A DNA stretch of 14,744 nt, from positions 1-14,744 of the forward strand of contig JAQWMJ010000015.1 of assembly GCA_029246845.1 (NCBI GenBank). Reading direction: 5' to 3'. Every line of letters starts with the position of its first letter. The first letter of the stretch is position 1. The translations under genes were made by a program, and so were the position numbers. The notes beneath the pieces are model-generated. The model made no database searches, was not told the origin of the DNA, and saw nothing but the letters and a program-made list of their open reading frames with translations. This stretch comes from Thermodesulfobacteriota bacterium (lineage in GTDB: Bacteria > Desulfobacterota_D > UBA1144). This document shows positions 1-8,200 of this stretch, piece by piece.

Positions 1-1
1 A

Positions 2-1111
2 ACAGATGTTGCATCAAGATTAAGTATTGCTAAAACCTTTTTATGCGAATCTTTGGTGTCAGATTTAATATTGTTAAGGTATGTTTCGGAAAATTATTTA
101 TCTACTTCTTTTAATCCTGAACCTTATGATCTTGATATGGAAGAGATAGGTACCCATGGTGCAAACAGTGAAAGTCTCAATAGGAGAATTGTTAATGTAT
201 TTGATGTTATAGATAAGGCTTTATCTAAGAAAAAATTGCCAATTAAAGATAAAAAGTTATTAAAAGAGGAAATGTTAAAAATTGAATTTTCATCTGATTT
301 CTTAAAGTCACTAATTGAGTTTGTTAAAAGAAGCGAATATCCAAAGGATTTTATAGATAATGTTAAAAAATCCAAGTTTAATTATGTTGTATCAAAGAAG
401 AAGCTTGTTGAATCTAATCTAAGGTTAGTTGTAAGTATTGCCAGAAGATATACGAATAAGGGGCTACCTTTCTTAGATCTAATACAAGAGGGCAACATAG
501 GGTTAATTAGAGCTGTAGAAAAGTTTGAGTATGAAAGAGGCTATAAGTTCTCTACTTATGCTACATGGTGGATTAGACAGGCGATAACAAGAGCCTTGGC
601 CGACCAAGCTAGGATAATAAGAATCCCTGTTCATATGACTGAGCAAATCAATAGAATATCTTCTGCCTCAAGGATTCTGGTGCAGAAGCTTGGAAGAGAA
701 CCTACTTCTTCTGAATTGGCAGTTCAATCAAATTATGACTTAAGCAAGGTGGAGAAGATACTCAGGGTCACCAAGGACCCTATAGCTCTGGATTCTCCAA
801 TTAATGATGATGAATCTTCTCAAACTTTAATGGATACCGTGGGTGATGATAAAACACCATCCCAGTATGATTCTTTTAAAGATAACGAGCTTAAGGATAT
901 GATTAATGACTCACTTCATAAGGTGTTGAGTGAACGAGAAAAGGACGTTATAAAGAAAAGGTTTGGAATTGATGAAGATCAAGCTTTCACTTTAGAAGAA
1001 ATTGGTAAAGAGTTTAATGTTACTCGTGAAAGAATTAGACAAATAGAATTAAAAGCACTAAAAAAGTTAAAAAAACTCCGTAAATCCCCAGTATTAAGCT
1101 ATTTAGATTAA
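2..1111 (+). CDS. rpoD: RNA polymerase primary sigma factor RpoD (sigma70), 5'-truncated by the window edge
   Basis: Region 2 ([12 protein letters not shown]...[17 protein letters not shown]...[16 protein letters not shown]), region 3 (RIPVHM, LGREPT) and region 4 ([18 protein letters not shown]) are present. The frame is open from base 2 ([11 protein letters not shown]...), so the TTG at 53 is probably not the true start. Confidence 0.95.
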   Translation, partial: TDVASRLSIAKTFLCESLVSDLILLRYVSENYLSTSFNPEPYDLDMEEIGTHGANSESLNRRIVNVFDVIDKALSKKKLPIKDKKLLKEEMLKIEFSSDFLKSLIEFVKRSEYPKDFIDNVKKSKFNYVVSKKKLVESNLRLVVSIARRYTNKGLPFLDLIQEGNIGLIRAVEKFEYERGYKFSTYATWWIRQAITRALADQARIIRIPVHMTEQINRISSASRILVQKLGREPTSSELAVQSNYDLSKVEKILRVTKDPIALDSPINDDESSQTLMDTVGDDKTPSQYDSFKDNELKDMINDSLHKVLSEREKDVIKKRFGIDEDQAFTLEEIGKEFNVTRERIRQIELKALKKLKKLRKSPVLSYLD

Positions 1112-1155
1112 AAAATTAATTTTAATATTGACATCAATCTTTTTTTGTATAAGAT
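1111..1155 (+). promoter_or_regulatory. sigma70 promoter of the 5S rRNA gene
   Basis: Perfect TTGACA (1128-1133), a 16-nt spacer and TAAGAT (1150-1155), preceded by an A/T-only UP-element-like tract (1111-1127). The predicted TSS at about 1161-1162 lies just before the 5S helix I. Confidence 0.8.
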
Positions 1156-1163
1156 TTTAGATT

Positions 1164-1279
1164 CTAGGTGGCCACACTGGAGGGGGTACACCCGGTTCCA
1201 TTCCGAACCCGGAAGTTAAGTCCTCAGAGGCCGATGATACTGATACCCGTTGGTATTGGGAAAGTAGGTAGCTGCCTAG
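1164..1279 (+). rRNA. rrf: 5S ribosomal RNA (unlinked, no adjacent 23S)
   Basis: Helix I CTAGGTGGC(1164-1172)/GCTGCCTAG(1271-1279). Conserved ACACCCGGTTCCATTCCGAACCCGGAAGTTAAG. Loop E GATGATA/GAAAGTA. Terminal hairpin CTGATACC-CGTT-GGTATTGG. Length is 116 nt. Confidence 0.97.
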
Positions 1280-1291
1280 TTAATTTTTCTT

Positions 1292-1897
1292 ATGTCTGAC
1301 AAATTTAAAATAGCTATTTTTTCATCTGGTAATGGTTCAAATTTTGAAGCAATTGTAAATGCAAATATGCCAAATATTCAGGTTTCACTTCTGTTTTGTA
1401 ATATGAAAGATGCATATGTTTTAGAAAGAGCCAGGAAGCTATCAATAGAGTCGCTATTTCTTTCTCATAAAGATTTTGATTCCAGAAAAGCTTTTGAAAC
1501 TGAAATAATTTCCCGTATTGAGAAGTATGATATTCAATTAATCGTTTTGGCAGGATTTAAGAGGATATTGTCCCCATTCTTTACTTCACATTATGAAAAG
1601 AAAGTTATAAACCTCCATCCTTCATTGTTACCAGCTTTTACTGGACTACATGCACCTCGACAAGCAGTAGATTATGGAGCGAAGTTTAGTGGATGTACTG
1701 TTCATTATGTTGATGAAGGCATTGATACAGGGCCTATTATAACTCAAGGATTAGTTGAAATTGACGATAATGATACTGAGGAGTCTTTGATTCAGAAGAT
1801 TCACCAAAAAGAACATGAAATCTTACCAAAAGCAATACAGCTTATTTCAGAAGATAGATGTATTCTTGATGGAAGAAGAGTATTAATTAAAAGTTAA
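1292..1897 (+). CDS. purN: Phosphoribosylglycinamide formyltransferase
   Basis: SGNGSNFEAI, VLAGF.RIL, INLHPSLLPAF.G and GCTVHYVDEGIDTGPII motifs. Confidence 0.96.
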   Translation: MSDKFKIAIFSSGNGSNFEAIVNANMPNIQVSLLFCNMKDAYVLERARKLSIESLFLSHKDFDSRKAFETEIISRIEKYDIQLIVLAGFKRILSPFFTSHYEKKVINLHPSLLPAFTGLHAPRQAVDYGAKFSGCTVHYVDEGIDTGPIITQGLVEIDDNDTEESLIQKIHQKEHEILPKAIQLISEDRCILDGRRVLIKS

Positions 1898-2913
1898 ATT
1901 TCTTTCCCAATAGCATGAGCAATTATTCTTGCTTTTTTAACCATCTCAGCAAACTTCTTAGGTTTTAACGACTGCCCGCCGTCGCTTAAAGCAATTTCTG
2001 GTTTATTGTGAACTTCCACAGCTAGCCCATCTGCTCCAGCAGCAATTGCTGCATATGCAATTGGTGAAACATATTGCCAGTAACCTGTACCATGAGCAGG
2101 ATCACCAATTACCGGGAGATGAGTCTTTTCTTTTAAGACTGGAATAGCATTTATATCAAAAGTATTTCTAGTTGCTGTCTCAAAAGTTCTAATACCTCTT
2201 TCACATAAGGCAACACTCATATTTCCTTCTGCAAGAAGATACTCTGCACAAAGTAAAAATTCATTTATTGTTGTAGACATTCCTCTTTTTAAAAGCACTG
2301 GTTTCTTCGTCTTACCCACAGCTTTTAATAGCGCATAGTTTTGACAGTTTCTTGCGCCTATTTGTATCATGTCAGCATATTTACAAACCAAGTCTAAATC
2401 TTTAACATCTAAAACTTCAGTAACAATTGGCAGCTGAGATTCATCACCAGCTTTTCTAAGCAATATTAAACCCTCTTCACCCATCCCTTGAAAAGTATAA
2501 GGTGAAGTTCTTGGTTTAAATGCACCACCTCTAAGAATTGTCGCACCACTTTCTTTTACAGACTTAGCTATTTCTAATATTTGATCTTCAGATTCTATTG
2601 AACATGGACCAGCTATAAGTGTTAAGTTTTTACCACCGACTGTTGTATTTCCAACTTTAAATTCTGAGTCATCATTTCTAAACTCTCGACTTCCAAGTTT
2701 GTGAGGTTGCATTATAGGGACGACAGCCTCAACTCCAGGGAGCTGACCTAAAAGATTCATGTGTTGCTGTTTTTCTTTTTGGTCACCAACGGCACCTATT
2801 ATGGTTTTAGATTTACCCTTAACGACTTCCGCGGTGTACCCGTATTCTTTTATTGTGGCTATAATCTTTTCTAACTCTTCATTTGAAGATGAACTTTTTA
2901 AAACAACTATCAT
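1894..2913 (-). CDS. aroF: 3-deoxy-7-phosphoheptulonate (DAHP) synthase, type I-beta with N-terminal ACT-like regulatory domain
   Basis: IAGPCSIES, LRGGAFKPRTSPYTFQG, QIGARN.QN, PVLLKRG and LCERGIRTFE motifs. Start reassigned to ATG 2913 (MIVVLK...) because GGAGG (2919-2923) lies 5 nt upstream. Confidence 0.93.
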   Translation of the reverse strand: MIVVLKSSSSNEELEKIIATIKEYGYTAEVVKGKSKTIIGAVGDQKEKQQHMNLLGQLPGVEAVVPIMQPHKLGSREFRNDDSEFKVGNTTVGGKNLTLIAGPCSIESEDQILEIAKSVKESGATILRGGAFKPRTSPYTFQGMGEEGLILLRKAGDESQLPIVTEVLDVKDLDLVCKYADMIQIGARNCQNYALLKAVGKTKKPVLLKRGMSTTINEFLLCAEYLLAEGNMSVALCERGIRTFETATRNTFDINAIPVLKEKTHLPVIGDPAHGTGYWQYVSPIAYAAIAAGADGLAVEVHNKPEIALSDGGQSLKPKKFAEMVKKARIIAHAIGKEI

Positions 2914-2936
2914 AAAAACCTCCGATGCTATATAGT

Positions 2937-2964
2937 ATTTTATGGAAAAAAGTATCTTTATCAA
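2937..2964 (-). promoter_or_regulatory. Putative sigma70 promoter of the DAHP synthase gene
   Basis: Minus strand TTGATA (2964-2959), N16, TAAAAT (2942-2937), upstream of the SD GGAGG. Confidence 0.5.
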
Positions 2965-2981
2965 ATTAATTAAGGAAAATT

Positions 2982-3698
2982 GTGGATATTAATTTTATAA
3001 AAAAAATTATATCGATCCTAAAATGGTTGATAATTGCCCTATTGACGGTTCTTTTTGGTTTTTTAACTATACTAGTTTCGCTTTTCTCTCCCAGACTCGC
3101 TTGTCTATCAACAGTAAAATTATGGGGCAAGTTAATATTATTTTTTTGTAATATTAGGCTTAACGTGAGTGGGATAGATAATTTATCAGATAAGCCTTTA
3201 ATTGTTATGTATAACCATAAAAGCTTTTTTGATATTTTTTGTTTTAGCTCTTTTATGCCATACGATTGGAGAGCTATGATGAAAAAAGAACTTCTCAACT
3301 TTCCTGTCTTCGGTCAAGCAGTAAAAATTATGGGACACTATTTCGTGGCACGGGACGGATCTTTTGAAGACAGAAGAGAAGTCGTTAAAATGTTGAAGAA
3401 AATTAAGAATGGAAGGATCGTTTTTATCGCACCTGAAGGTACTAGAAATCCGAACCCGGGACTCTTAGAGTTTAAGACAGGGGGTTTTTTTATAGCTAGA
3501 AAAACTGATACTAACATTGTTCCCATGATTATTGATGGTGCAGGAGATATACTAGACAAAAGATCTTTTAATATAAAACCAGGGACAATTGTTATTAAAT
3601 TTCTTGAGGAAATTGATGTTTCAACTTATAGCTCTAATAAAGATGGCATAAATGACTTAAGAGAGCACACTTTTAAAATTTTCAATCAAAATTTATAA
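2982..3698 (+). CDS. plsC: 1-acyl-sn-glycerol-3-phosphate acyltransferase (LPLAT family)
   Basis: Catalytic NHKSFFD (NHxSxxD), KKEL..P.FG and APEGTR motifs, plus an N-terminal hydrophobic helix. GTG start with AAGGA 5 nt upstream. Confidence 0.9.
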   Translation: MDINFIKKIISILKWLIIALLTVLFGFLTILVSLFSPRLACLSTVKLWGKLILFFCNIRLNVSGIDNLSDKPLIVMYNHKSFFDIFCFSSFMPYDWRAMMKKELLNFPVFGQAVKIMGHYFVARDGSFEDRREVVKMLKKIKNGRIVFIAPEGTRNPNPGLLEFKTGGFFIARKTDTNIVPMIIDGAGDILDKRSFNIKPGTIVIKFLEEIDVSTYSSNKDGINDLREHTFKIFNQNL

Positions 3699-3699
3699 G

Positions 3700-4293
3700 T
3701 TATTTTTTTAAGACCTTAATAGAATAAATCTTTTTATCTTCTTTTTTGTAAAATTTTTGGAATTTTGTTAAAGGAATTGAAGAGTCTAAAAGATCTATAG
3801 ATTTATCAGGCGAAAGATTAGTTTCTAGAATAGTTCTCTTAATTTCTCTAAAATATTCATTGCTATCAGTTTTAACAATAAGGCTTCCTTTTCTCTTTAA
3901 TTTTTGATATATACCCGTCAGAAGCTCTAAGTTGACTAATCTATTTTTTTGATGTTTCTCTTTAGGCCATGGATCTGGATTATTAATAAAAACTTTATTG
4001 ATTGAATTGCTCTTTAAAACTTTTGTAGTAAATAGGGTTGCATCACATAAAGCAAATTTAACGTTATTGAGTTTGTTTGCATGTGCTTTCTTTAGGCACT
4101 TAATTATTCTGCCATATTTAATTTCTACTCCTATGAATTGTCTTTTTGGGTATAAAGATGCAAGGTCCACTATAAATTCACCTTCACCGCAACCAATATC
4201 TAGTATGGTGTTTTTATTGAGAAAACACTTATAAAAATCTACTGTTGTAAAATTAATTAGATATTCAGGGAATTTATTAATTTTTAATTTCAT
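3700..4293 (-). CDS. trmB: tRNA (guanine-N7)-methyltransferase
   Basis: SAM motif LDIGCGEG, FIGVEI, PDPWPKEKH.K.RL and KTD. ATG at 4293 preferred over TTG at 4296. Confidence 0.9.
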   Translation of the reverse strand: MKLKINKFPEYLINFTTVDFYKCFLNKNTILDIGCGEGEFIVDLASLYPKRQFIGVEIKYGRIIKCLKKAHANKLNNVKFALCDATLFTTKVLKSNSINKVFINNPDPWPKEKHQKNRLVNLELLTGIYQKLKRKGSLIVKTDSNEYFREIKRTILETNLSPDKSIDLLDSSIPLTKFQKFYKKEDKKIYSIKVLKK

Positions 4294-5359
4294 CAATAAC
4301 TTTATTTAATGCATTCAATATTATTTTATCGTTTACCTGAATTGAGTGCTTACCTTTGGTTGTTTTCATTTTACCTATATTCTGCGGAATAGAGAAAGTA
4401 ATTTTGCTATCACTATTCTTTTTATCTAGCCTCATAAAAGAAAGAAGTTGCCTTGTGTCAGATTTGTTAAGTTTTATCTTCAGAAGATTATGCATTAATA
4501 GTAGCTCTTTAATTCTAGAATAGTTAGCAATAGACAATACTTCTATGTCATGGGCTATTTTGGCTTCTACTAGCATGCCTAATCCTATACAATCTCCATG
4601 TGATTTGGAGTAGCTATATAGCTTTTCGATTGCATGTCCTACTGTGTGACCAAAATTTAGAATCATTCTTTTGTCACCTTCCTTAAAGTCTTCCTTGATA
4701 GTCTTTACTTTTATTTGTATGCACTTTTTTATAATCTTCATTATTATATTTTTTTTATTTGAGAGAAAATTTTTATTGATTTTTCCCAGGAGGGAAAATA
4801 ATTCTTTATCATCAATGATTGAATATTTTATAATTTCCGCCATACCCTGTCTTATTTCTTTTTTTGGTAGGGACAAGAGAAAGTCCATATTAATTACTAT
4901 TTCCTTAGGATTATAAAAAGTTCCTATTAGATTTTTCCCATATTTGTTATCGATTGCAGTCTTACCACCAATTGAGCTATCAACAATAGCAACCAGAGAA
5001 GTTGGTATATGGACCAAATCAATACCCCTCATAAAAGTCGATGCGGTATAGCCAGATAGGTCACCCACGACTCCTCCACCAATGGCAACAATAAGACTTT
5101 TACGATTAAACTTATTTCTTAATAGCTCTTCTTCTATGTGGTTTTTGGTTTCGATAGATTTACTTTTTTCACCTGGCTTAATGTTTATATTTAGTACGCT
5201 ATTACTTGATATAGTCTTCCTGTATAGAGCCCAAATATTTGTATCAGAGACTATGGCTATCTTTGTATAGCTTCTTTTTTGTTTATCAAGGAAATCTTTA
5301 ATATTTTTGCTAAATCTAATTGTGTATGAACTTTTTACCGCCTCGTTTGTTACTTTCAT
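4277..5359 (-). CDS. aroB: 3-dehydroquinate synthase
   Basis: GEKSKS, AIGGGVVGDL.G..A....RG, PTSL.A.VDSSIGGKT, GKNLIG.F, LNFGHTVGHAIE and DKK motifs. Confidence 0.96.
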   Translation of the reverse strand: MKVTNEAVKSSYTIRFSKNIKDFLDKQKRSYTKIAIVSDTNIWALYRKTISSNSVLNINIKPGEKSKSIETKNHIEEELLRNKFNRKSLIVAIGGGVVGDLSGYTASTFMRGIDLVHIPTSLVAIVDSSIGGKTAIDNKYGKNLIGTFYNPKEIVINMDFLLSLPKKEIRQGMAEIIKYSIIDDKELFSLLGKINKNFLSNKKNIIMKIIKKCIQIKVKTIKEDFKEGDKRMILNFGHTVGHAIEKLYSYSKSHGDCIGLGMLVEAKIAHDIEVLSIANYSRIKELLLMHNLLKIKLNKSDTRQLLSFMRLDKKNSDSKITFSIPQNIGKMKTTKGKHSIQVNDKIILNALNKVIDEIKN

Positions 5360-5363
5360 AATT

Positions 5364-5873
5364 TTAAAAGCTTATAAGTGATGATATGTTGTTACATTTC
5401 AACTTACTTCTTCCTTTTAGACTTTCTAATTCAATAACAAAAGATATAGAACTTATCGAGCAATTAAAGTTCTTAACTAATTCTTCGATCGCCTCAATTG
5501 TTCCACCTGTTGCTAGCAAGTCGTCAATTATTGCAACTTTATCCCCTGGTTTTATTGAATCTGTATGAATTTCGAATGTATCAGTTCCATATTCCAACTC
5601 GTAGTCGACCTCAAAAGTTTTATATGGGAGCTTTCCTTTTTTTCTAACAAGGACTAGATTTTTATTTAGATTGTAGCAGACAGCTGAGGCAAATATGAAC
5701 CCTCTGGATTCTGGAGCTACTATTGATGTTACTTCTTTGGGTATATTTCTAGAAATTTCGTTTACTACAAAAGTAAACGCCTTGTAGTCACCAAGAAGAG
5801 GAGTTATGTCCTTATATAAGATTCCATCTTTTGGAAAATTCGGGACATCTCTTATGTATTCTTTTATATCCAT
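5364..5873 (-). CDS. apt: Adenine phosphoribosyltransferase
   Basis: IRDVPNFPK.GI..KDITPLL, ESRGF, RKKGKLP, YELEYG and the PRPP motif IIDDLLATGGT. Confidence 0.96.
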   Translation of the reverse strand: MDIKEYIRDVPNFPKDGILYKDITPLLGDYKAFTFVVNEISRNIPKEVTSIVAPESRGFIFASAVCYNLNKNLVLVRKKGKLPYKTFEVDYELEYGTDTFEIHTDSIKPGDKVAIIDDLLATGGTIEAIEELVKNFNCSISSISFVIELESLKGRSKLKCNNISSLISF

Positions 5874-6448
5874 TTTATAATTAAATATATAATTAAAATT
5901 AGTATTAAGCTAATAGATATATAAAAAAGTTTTTTACTTTTTAGCATCTGATCGAATTGCTCTTCAAATACTTTTGCTAAGTAGCCGATTAAAGCAAATC
6001 TTAAACCTCTTCCTACTATAGAGCCGAAAAGAAAAGGAAGGAAGTCAACATTTAGTGCTCCTGCCGTTACACAGAAAAGTTTAAACGGAAGTGGCGTAAA
6101 TCCAGATGTAATCATTAGCAGGAAAGTTCCGTCATTAAATTTTTCTCTAATTATACTAATTTTATCGATATTATTTGAAATTATTGCGATATCATTTTTA
6201 ATACCAAAGGTAACTATTTCCTCTCCGAGATAGTATCCAAGACAACCACCAGCTACTGAGAATATAAGGCATAAAAAGACTAATTTTATGATTCTTTTAT
6301 AAGTTTTTTTTATGCATAGTAGTCCTAAAAAAGGATCGGGGGGTATTATAAAAATTACAGCCTCAGTAAATGAGACTATCGACATTACAATTTGGCCCCT
6401 AGGTCCTCTACATAGCTGAAGAATATATTGATATAATTTATCTATCAT
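5864..6448 (-). CDS. YqaA/DedA (SNARE-associated/VTT domain) family membrane protein
   Basis: SFTEAVIFIIPPD, SV.GG.LGYYLG, GFTPLPFKLF.V.AG and GRGLRF motifs, with several hydrophobic segments. ATGA overlap with surE. Confidence 0.88.
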   Translation of the reverse strand: MIDKLYQYILQLCRGPRGQIVMSIVSFTEAVIFIIPPDPFLGLLCIKKTYKRIIKLVFLCLIFSVAGGCLGYYLGEEIVTFGIKNDIAIISNNIDKISIIREKFNDGTFLLMITSGFTPLPFKLFCVTAGALNVDFLPFLFGSIVGRGLRFALIGYLAKVFEEQFDQMLKSKKLFYISISLILILIIYLIIKWI

Positions 6449-7173
6449 AGCTTTAATTTTAGCCTCTTTGAATCTGTATAGTCGGTTATTAACGGAGTAA
6501 CAGAAATATAGTTATTTTTTATTGCATGAATATCTGTTCCAGCCTTGGATTTGTAAGTTAAATCACTCCCACCAATCCAAAAGTATTGATTTCCTCTAGG
6601 ATCCTTTTTGGGAACAATAGTTTGTCCATATGCTCTTGAACCTTGCTTGGTCATTTTTATCCCTTTAATTTTATCATTCACAACATTTGGATAATTAATA
6701 TTTAGAAAGAAAGATTTTAGTTTGATAGAAATTATTTTGTCTAGAATTGTCTTGAAATAGATTGAACAGTCTTTATATTTCGGATTCTTTTTATTGGCAA
6801 TTGAAATTGCAATTGAATTAACTCCATGAAGGAATCCCTCTCTCGCAGCTGCTACAGTTCCTGAATAATTTATATCATCTCCTATATTAGCTCCATCATT
6901 AATTCCCGAAACAACTAAATCAAATGGCTTCTTACCAATCTTGGAATTTATAGCAAAGTTTACACAATCCGCAGGAAGACCAAGTAAGGCAAACTTGTTC
7001 TTTTGGGTTTCTCTAACTCTCAAAGGAGTATTGAGACTTATTGAATGACTCTTCGTACTTTGATTATATTCAGGAGCAACAATAATTGTCTCCCCAAATG
7101 TAGATAATATCTCATATAAATCAATAAGACCTTTTGCTTGAATACCATCATCATTTGTTAAAAGAATTTTCAT
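6445..7173 (-). CDS. surE: 5'/3'-nucleotidase SurE
   Basis: MKILLTNDDG, VAP...QS, G.PADCV, DLVVSGIN.G.N.G....YSGTVAAA.EG, DPRG..Y.W and ISVTPL motifs. Confidence 0.96.
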   Translation of the reverse strand: MKILLTNDDGIQAKGLIDLYEILSTFGETIIVAPEYNQSTKSHSISLNTPLRVRETQKNKFALLGLPADCVNFAINSKIGKKPFDLVVSGINDGANIGDDINYSGTVAAAREGFLHGVNSIAISIANKKNPKYKDCSIYFKTILDKIISIKLKSFFLNINYPNVVNDKIKGIKMTKQGSRAYGQTIVPKKDPRGNQYFWIGGSDLTYKSKAGTDIHAIKNNYISVTPLITDYTDSKRLKLKL

Positions 7174-7179
7174 TAATAC

Positions 7180-7185
7180 ATCTTA
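7180..7185 (-). promoter_or_regulatory. Putative -10 element for a leaderless surE transcript
   Basis: TAAGAT (same hexamer as the 5S promoter) lies 6 nt upstream of the surE ATG. There is no SD and no convincing -35. Confidence 0.4.
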
Positions 7186-7227
7186 ACCAATTTTGTTTAA
7201 TTATGCTTTAATACAAATAGAAATATT

Positions 7228-7572
7228 TCATAAACTGACATTTATTAGATTCCTCAATTTATCTCTTAGTTTTTTAAGTTTTTGTATAACTTCAACTTGA
7301 GTTTCCAGCTTGTTGTTAAGTTTCTGATTGATATTGTCGTTGTTACTTAAGATTTCCAAATTTTTCATATACTTATCAATTTCTAAGATTATTTCTATTG
7401 AATTTTTATGATAAAGTTTATGACTTGTCTCATCATTAGTTCTTAGCTGACTAGCTAGTTCTTTATATTTCTTAGTCCAATATCGTATTTTACTACTAGG
7501 AATACCAGTTATTTCAACAAGCTCGCCTATTTTAAAGAAAAACTTACTATCATTTGTTTGATTAGGTTCCAT
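7228..7572 (-). CDS. MerR-family HTH transcriptional regulator (type usually found between ihfA and surE)
   Basis: N-terminal FFKIGELVEITGIPSSKIRYW winged-HTH signature, a short coiled-coil C-terminus and no Cys residues. It lies directly upstream of surE. Confidence 0.8.
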   Translation of the reverse strand: MEPNQTNDSKFFFKIGELVEITGIPSSKIRYWTKKYKELASQLRTNDETSHKLYHKNSIEIILEIDKYMKNLEILSNNDNINQKLNNKLETQVEVIQKLKKLRDKLRNLINVSL

Positions 7573-7578
7573 AAAAAA

Positions 7579-7607
7579 AAAGTAAAATAATTAACTTTTA
7601 ATGTCAA
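7579..7607 (-). promoter_or_regulatory. sigma70 promoter of the MerR-like gene, probably leaderless
   Basis: Minus strand TTGACA (7607-7602), N17, TACTTT (7584-7579), then 6 T and the ATG at 7572. Confidence 0.6.
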
Positions 7608-7609
7608 TT

Positions 7610-8200
7610 CTATCTAATCTTAAAAGTTGTCCTGTGAAAAGGGCTAGGACCAAATTTTTTAATTAACTCAACATGCTGCTTTGTACCGTAACCTTTATTG
7701 TTCTCAAGATTGTAATACGGATATATTTGTGAAACCTTTTTTAATATAAAGTCACGAGTAATTTTTGCAATTATTGATGCCGAAGCTATAGATTTGCATT
7801 TTTGGTCACCTTTTACCACACATATTTCTTCAAGCTCAGTTCCAATCTTTTGATTTCCATCTATTAGTAAGCAAGGATTTTTTGTTTTAAGTTTTGCAAC
7901 AGCTCTACTCATTGCTAGCTTGGTCGCATTTAAAATATTTATTTCGTCTATCTCTTTGTGAGTTGCATAACCCAGAGTAAAAGTAGATCTGGTGATAATT
8001 AATTGAGCAAATGCATAAGTTCTTTCATTTTCTGACAGAATTTTGGAGTCATTAACTTGAATGTGATTGGTTGATGGGTTTAGAATAAAAGCGCAAGCCA
8101 CAACAGGTCCCACTAAAGATCCTCTACCTACCTCATCAATCCCAACAACTACTTTTCCACTTTTGAGTAACTCTATTTCAATTAGATTTGGGTCTTTCAT
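7610..8200 (-). CDS. rnhB: Ribonuclease HII
   Basis: GIDEVGRG.LVGPV, DSK, EIDEINILNA, LIDGN, VKGD, ASIIAK.TRD, KGYGT..H and HR.TF motifs. Confidence 0.96.
   Translation of the reverse strand: MKDPNLIEIELLKSGKVVVGIDEVGRGSLVGPVVACAFILNPSTNHIQVNDSKILSENERTYAFAQLIITRSTFTLGYATHKEIDEINILNATKLAMSRAVAKLKTKNPCLLIDGNQKIGTELEEICVVKGDQKCKSIASASIIAKITRDFILKKVSQIYPYYNLENNKGYGTKQHVELIKKFGPSPFHRTTFKIR

Noticed and set aside
124..375. 83-aa minus-strand ORF
   Set aside because: It is an antisense shadow of rpoD with no recognisable motifs.
1108..1126. AT-only inverted repeat after the rpoD stop as a terminator
   Set aside because: It has no GC pairs and is too weak. It is better read as the upstream element of the 5S promoter.
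2914..2964. N-terminal extension of DAHP synthase from TTG 2964
   Set aside because: The TTG is part of a -35-like TTGATA, and a GGAGG SD supports ATG 2913.
2966..5568. Short opposite-strand ORFs (2966-3298, 3338-3559, 3998-4234, 4671-4916, 5082-5270, 5386-5568)
   Set aside because: All lie antisense to well-supported conserved genes. Their F/I/L/S-rich composition is typical of shadow frames.
7174..7227. Possible tRNA between merR and surE
   Set aside because: The gap is only 54 nt and very AT-rich, with no T-loop or cloverleaf.
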